From: Macrostomum lignano
Lineage: Eukaryota
Assembly: GCA_002269645.1 (NCBI GenBank)
Contig: NIVC01000380.1
Span: forward strand, 1 to 64,000
DNA: 64,000 nt
Reading direction: 5' to 3'
Part shown: one piece after another, positions 61,226 through 64,000 of the stretch
Layout: every line of letters begins with the position of its first letter
Position numbering within the stretch: position 1 is the first letter of the stretch
Notes under the pieces: generated by a model
Seen by the model: the letters and a program-made list of their open reading frames with translations, nothing else
What the model was told of the DNA's origin: nothing
The model's database searches: none
Program-made: the position numbers and the translations under genes

Positions 61226-64000
61226 ACAAACACCATAGATACAGCAATTGAAATTATTTTTTATAAACAGGATTAAGAGTTAGCATCAATACAAATGAGC
61301 TGACTAGCAAAAAGTCTACTTACCAATTTTCCAATCTTGAAGACAGAGATAGAACAAATCTAAAATATTAAAAGAAAACAAATAAATTAGTTAATACTTA
61401 TTTTTTAACGCTTCATTATACCTTTATTTATAGTATATTCAGAAATTTATCTAACATCAGTTCTCAGTAGTTGAACATGGAAAAATATTTTGATTACATC
61501 ATAGAAAATAGTTAAAAGTTCACTAAGTTATGTAGAGAATTCAATCAATTAAATTAAATATTGATTTTGAAAATTAATCCAATGTGCAATACAAAAGAAT
61601 AAAAAAGAGTGAAAATAGTTTAACTATTTTATGAACTATGCCAGTCTATGAAGGAGGGCCAATCTGAAATAATAAAAAATACTTAAAAATGTCATACAAT
61701 CATACATCAAAATTTTCTTGTTGAAATAATTCTATTTATAGTACTTGGTGATCATTCAGAGAATAAGTTAACATCAGTTCTCAGTAGTTGAACATGGAAA
61801 AAATTTTGTTTGCGTCATAAAAAAGCAATTAAAATATGCTATCATAAAGTTTATATATTACATACTTGAGATGGGAAAAAATGAATTTTTGAGCCAATTT
61901 GATTTGGTTTAAATAATTTACAGAACCAATTTGAATACTGAATAATACCAAAGACAAATATTTCCATCAATAATATGCCAACCTCACTACTTATCAGTAG
62001 TGCTTATTGATAGAAGCAATTATAAATGAGGACTAACTTTCATTGCATCATAAATTTTCCATAAATTGTTTTATTTTCTTTGAAAACTTCCACACAGGTG
62101 AATGCTTTGGTGAAGCCATGAATTGCAATTATTAAACTAGTGTGAAAATGCCTAGCTGTACTCATTGCTAGATGCACATGATATTTAATATCCAGCCATA
62201 TTCCCTTTAGCAGCCCTTCACTAATAGTCATGCATCTTCTTGTCCAATGAAATGTATCCAGATCAAATGCCAACCCTACCCCTCCAAGTTTGAAGGAATC
62301 AGTGCCTCAAATCTATGTTCCATAAACTTGACTCTTAATTTTCCATTTCTTCTTAAGCCTCAAAGCCTCCTAAAGTCTCAGTACTAAAGCCAAGCACAAT
62401 ATGCTTCTGACTGCTCAAGCACCCCTACTTTTTCTAAAGACATGCCATATGTTGCCCCATCCTTAATTCTCTCCCTTTATGAGCCACAAGCCTACAACCC
62501 CTAACACTCTTGACTCTTCAAATGTAACTTCTTAGTCCTTAGTTTTCTAATTCTTTTCTTCATTTATGAGCCTTATTGAGCCACCACAGTAAATTGACAA
62601 ATCGGTATTTAGATTATAGACTTTCCAATTCTGGTTTAAATAGAATATTTGTCCAATCTCTATAATATACTCTATATACTTCATATTAACATTGTTATAC
62701 ATATGGAACAATATACTAAATGTACATAATATTGAATTTCATATTTTTCATTGTAGTTAATTATAAAGTTTCAAAAATATTTACCTTTGCTTTAGAGTCC
62801 AGAGTTCCCTTTTAGCACACCAGGCTTTAATTATTAGAAAAGATCATGCAAAAACATTGGTATATTTTAAAATGTATTTTTATATTTCTAAATAACAAAA
62901 AAGTAGTCTAAAAATATCATATTTTTTTATATTATTATTGTTGCCAGTAAGATTTCAGTTTTTTTAATTAGAATCATGAAAAATTTCATGAGTTGAACAT
63001 AAAAAATTGCATCATTTGTTTGAATTAAAATGACTTAACCAAATAGGCCCAACCCAAATGAAAAATGTTAACAAAGCAGTGAAAAACTAAAAAGCTTAAA
63101 GTCAAACATAAAGGAAATATCATATTAAATATTTTCAAAAACATCATATTAGACAACAAAACTTAAAAGAAGTATCATGTTGAAAATAAAATATTTTTGT
63201 AAATTTTAAAGATGTCAAGGCTTGAGGGGAATTATTATAATGCTATAACTTTTGGAGAAAATAGATAAGATATCAAAGCTTATATTATATTATATTATAA
63301 GTTATAAAGGGAAGTGCTAATATCAAAGCTCAGGAATAAATTTTTAAAATAAAATATCAAGACTTAATAGCTTAGCCTTAGGCCTATATTATAAAGAGAA
63401 TTGCTAAGATTTCAAGGCTTTTAGAGAGAATTTCAAGATGTCAAGGCTTATTATAAAGGAAATGGAAATTGCTTAAAGATATTTTGGCTATATTATTATT
63501 GTATATTGTATATTGTAGAATTTTTATCTATAGCCATAGGCCTACACAATAGACAATAGAAAAAAGGTAGAACTGAAATATTAGGCACAAAGTTTGTTGA
63601 ATAAAAATGTTACATCAAAAATGGTAATACAATTACAAAGCCAAAGGTTAAAGTTTTAGAAAAAATTACCATACAGCCTTAAAATGAGATAGAATATATT
63701 CTATAGCCATAGCATAGGCTCTACCTAATAAGTAATACTCTGTAAGGGGATCACATTAAGACTGTCTACAGTCTACATAAAGCCGGATTTGGTTTATTAC
63801 TTAGAAGTTTAAGTAAAACAAGCAAGCTAGACGCGTATGGAAAACAACATATGGAGGTTATTATACTGTAAAGATTAATGAAGTACCACATGAACGAAAC
63901 ATCGGAAAACCCAAACAAAAAAGCTTAAGCACGAGAAGAATGCGTGGCATTTGACCTTGATACGAAATAAAAACCCGGAGTATTACCAAATATTAAAACA

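Noticed and set aside
62040-62640. Possible LINE reverse-transcriptase remnant (FTKAFTCV)
   Set aside because: Single short motif, many stops, no other RT motifs in order

Overview
Eukaryotic (invertebrate metazoan, species not determinable from sequence) genomic DNA with GC-rich exons, GT-AG introns and a very high density of tandem repeats. Exon-by-exon reconstruction with phase checks supports: the 5' part of an SLC5 sodium:solute symporter gene (minus, 7 exons, 800-5100); a tandem cluster of three two-exon secreted fibrinogen-related (FReD) genes with a degenerate PAN/apple-like N-terminal module (one intact, one with a 2-nt frameshift, one with a stop plus frameshift); a MAP3K/STE-like kinase with an unusual HRDVNCNN catalytic loop spliceable to a long coiled-coil tail; a two-exon atypical dual-specificity phosphatase; a ~19 kb repeat- and relic-rich gene-poor stretch (21.3-40.6 kb); an intronless SLC46/PCFT-like MFS transporter; an orphan terminal exon; a complete six-exon JMY/WHAMM-family actin nucleation-promoting factor; and a four-exon mitochondrial-type acetyl-CoA hydrolase/CoA-transferase. 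Most long ORFs in the supplied track are artefacts of minisatellites. The most interesting signals are the mosaic, apparently gene-converted FReD cluster, the kinase architecture, the single-WH2, Trp-less VCA of the JMY/WHAMM homologue, and the pattern that most large introns carry their own private minisatellite. All family calls come from recalled motifs; no database search was run.
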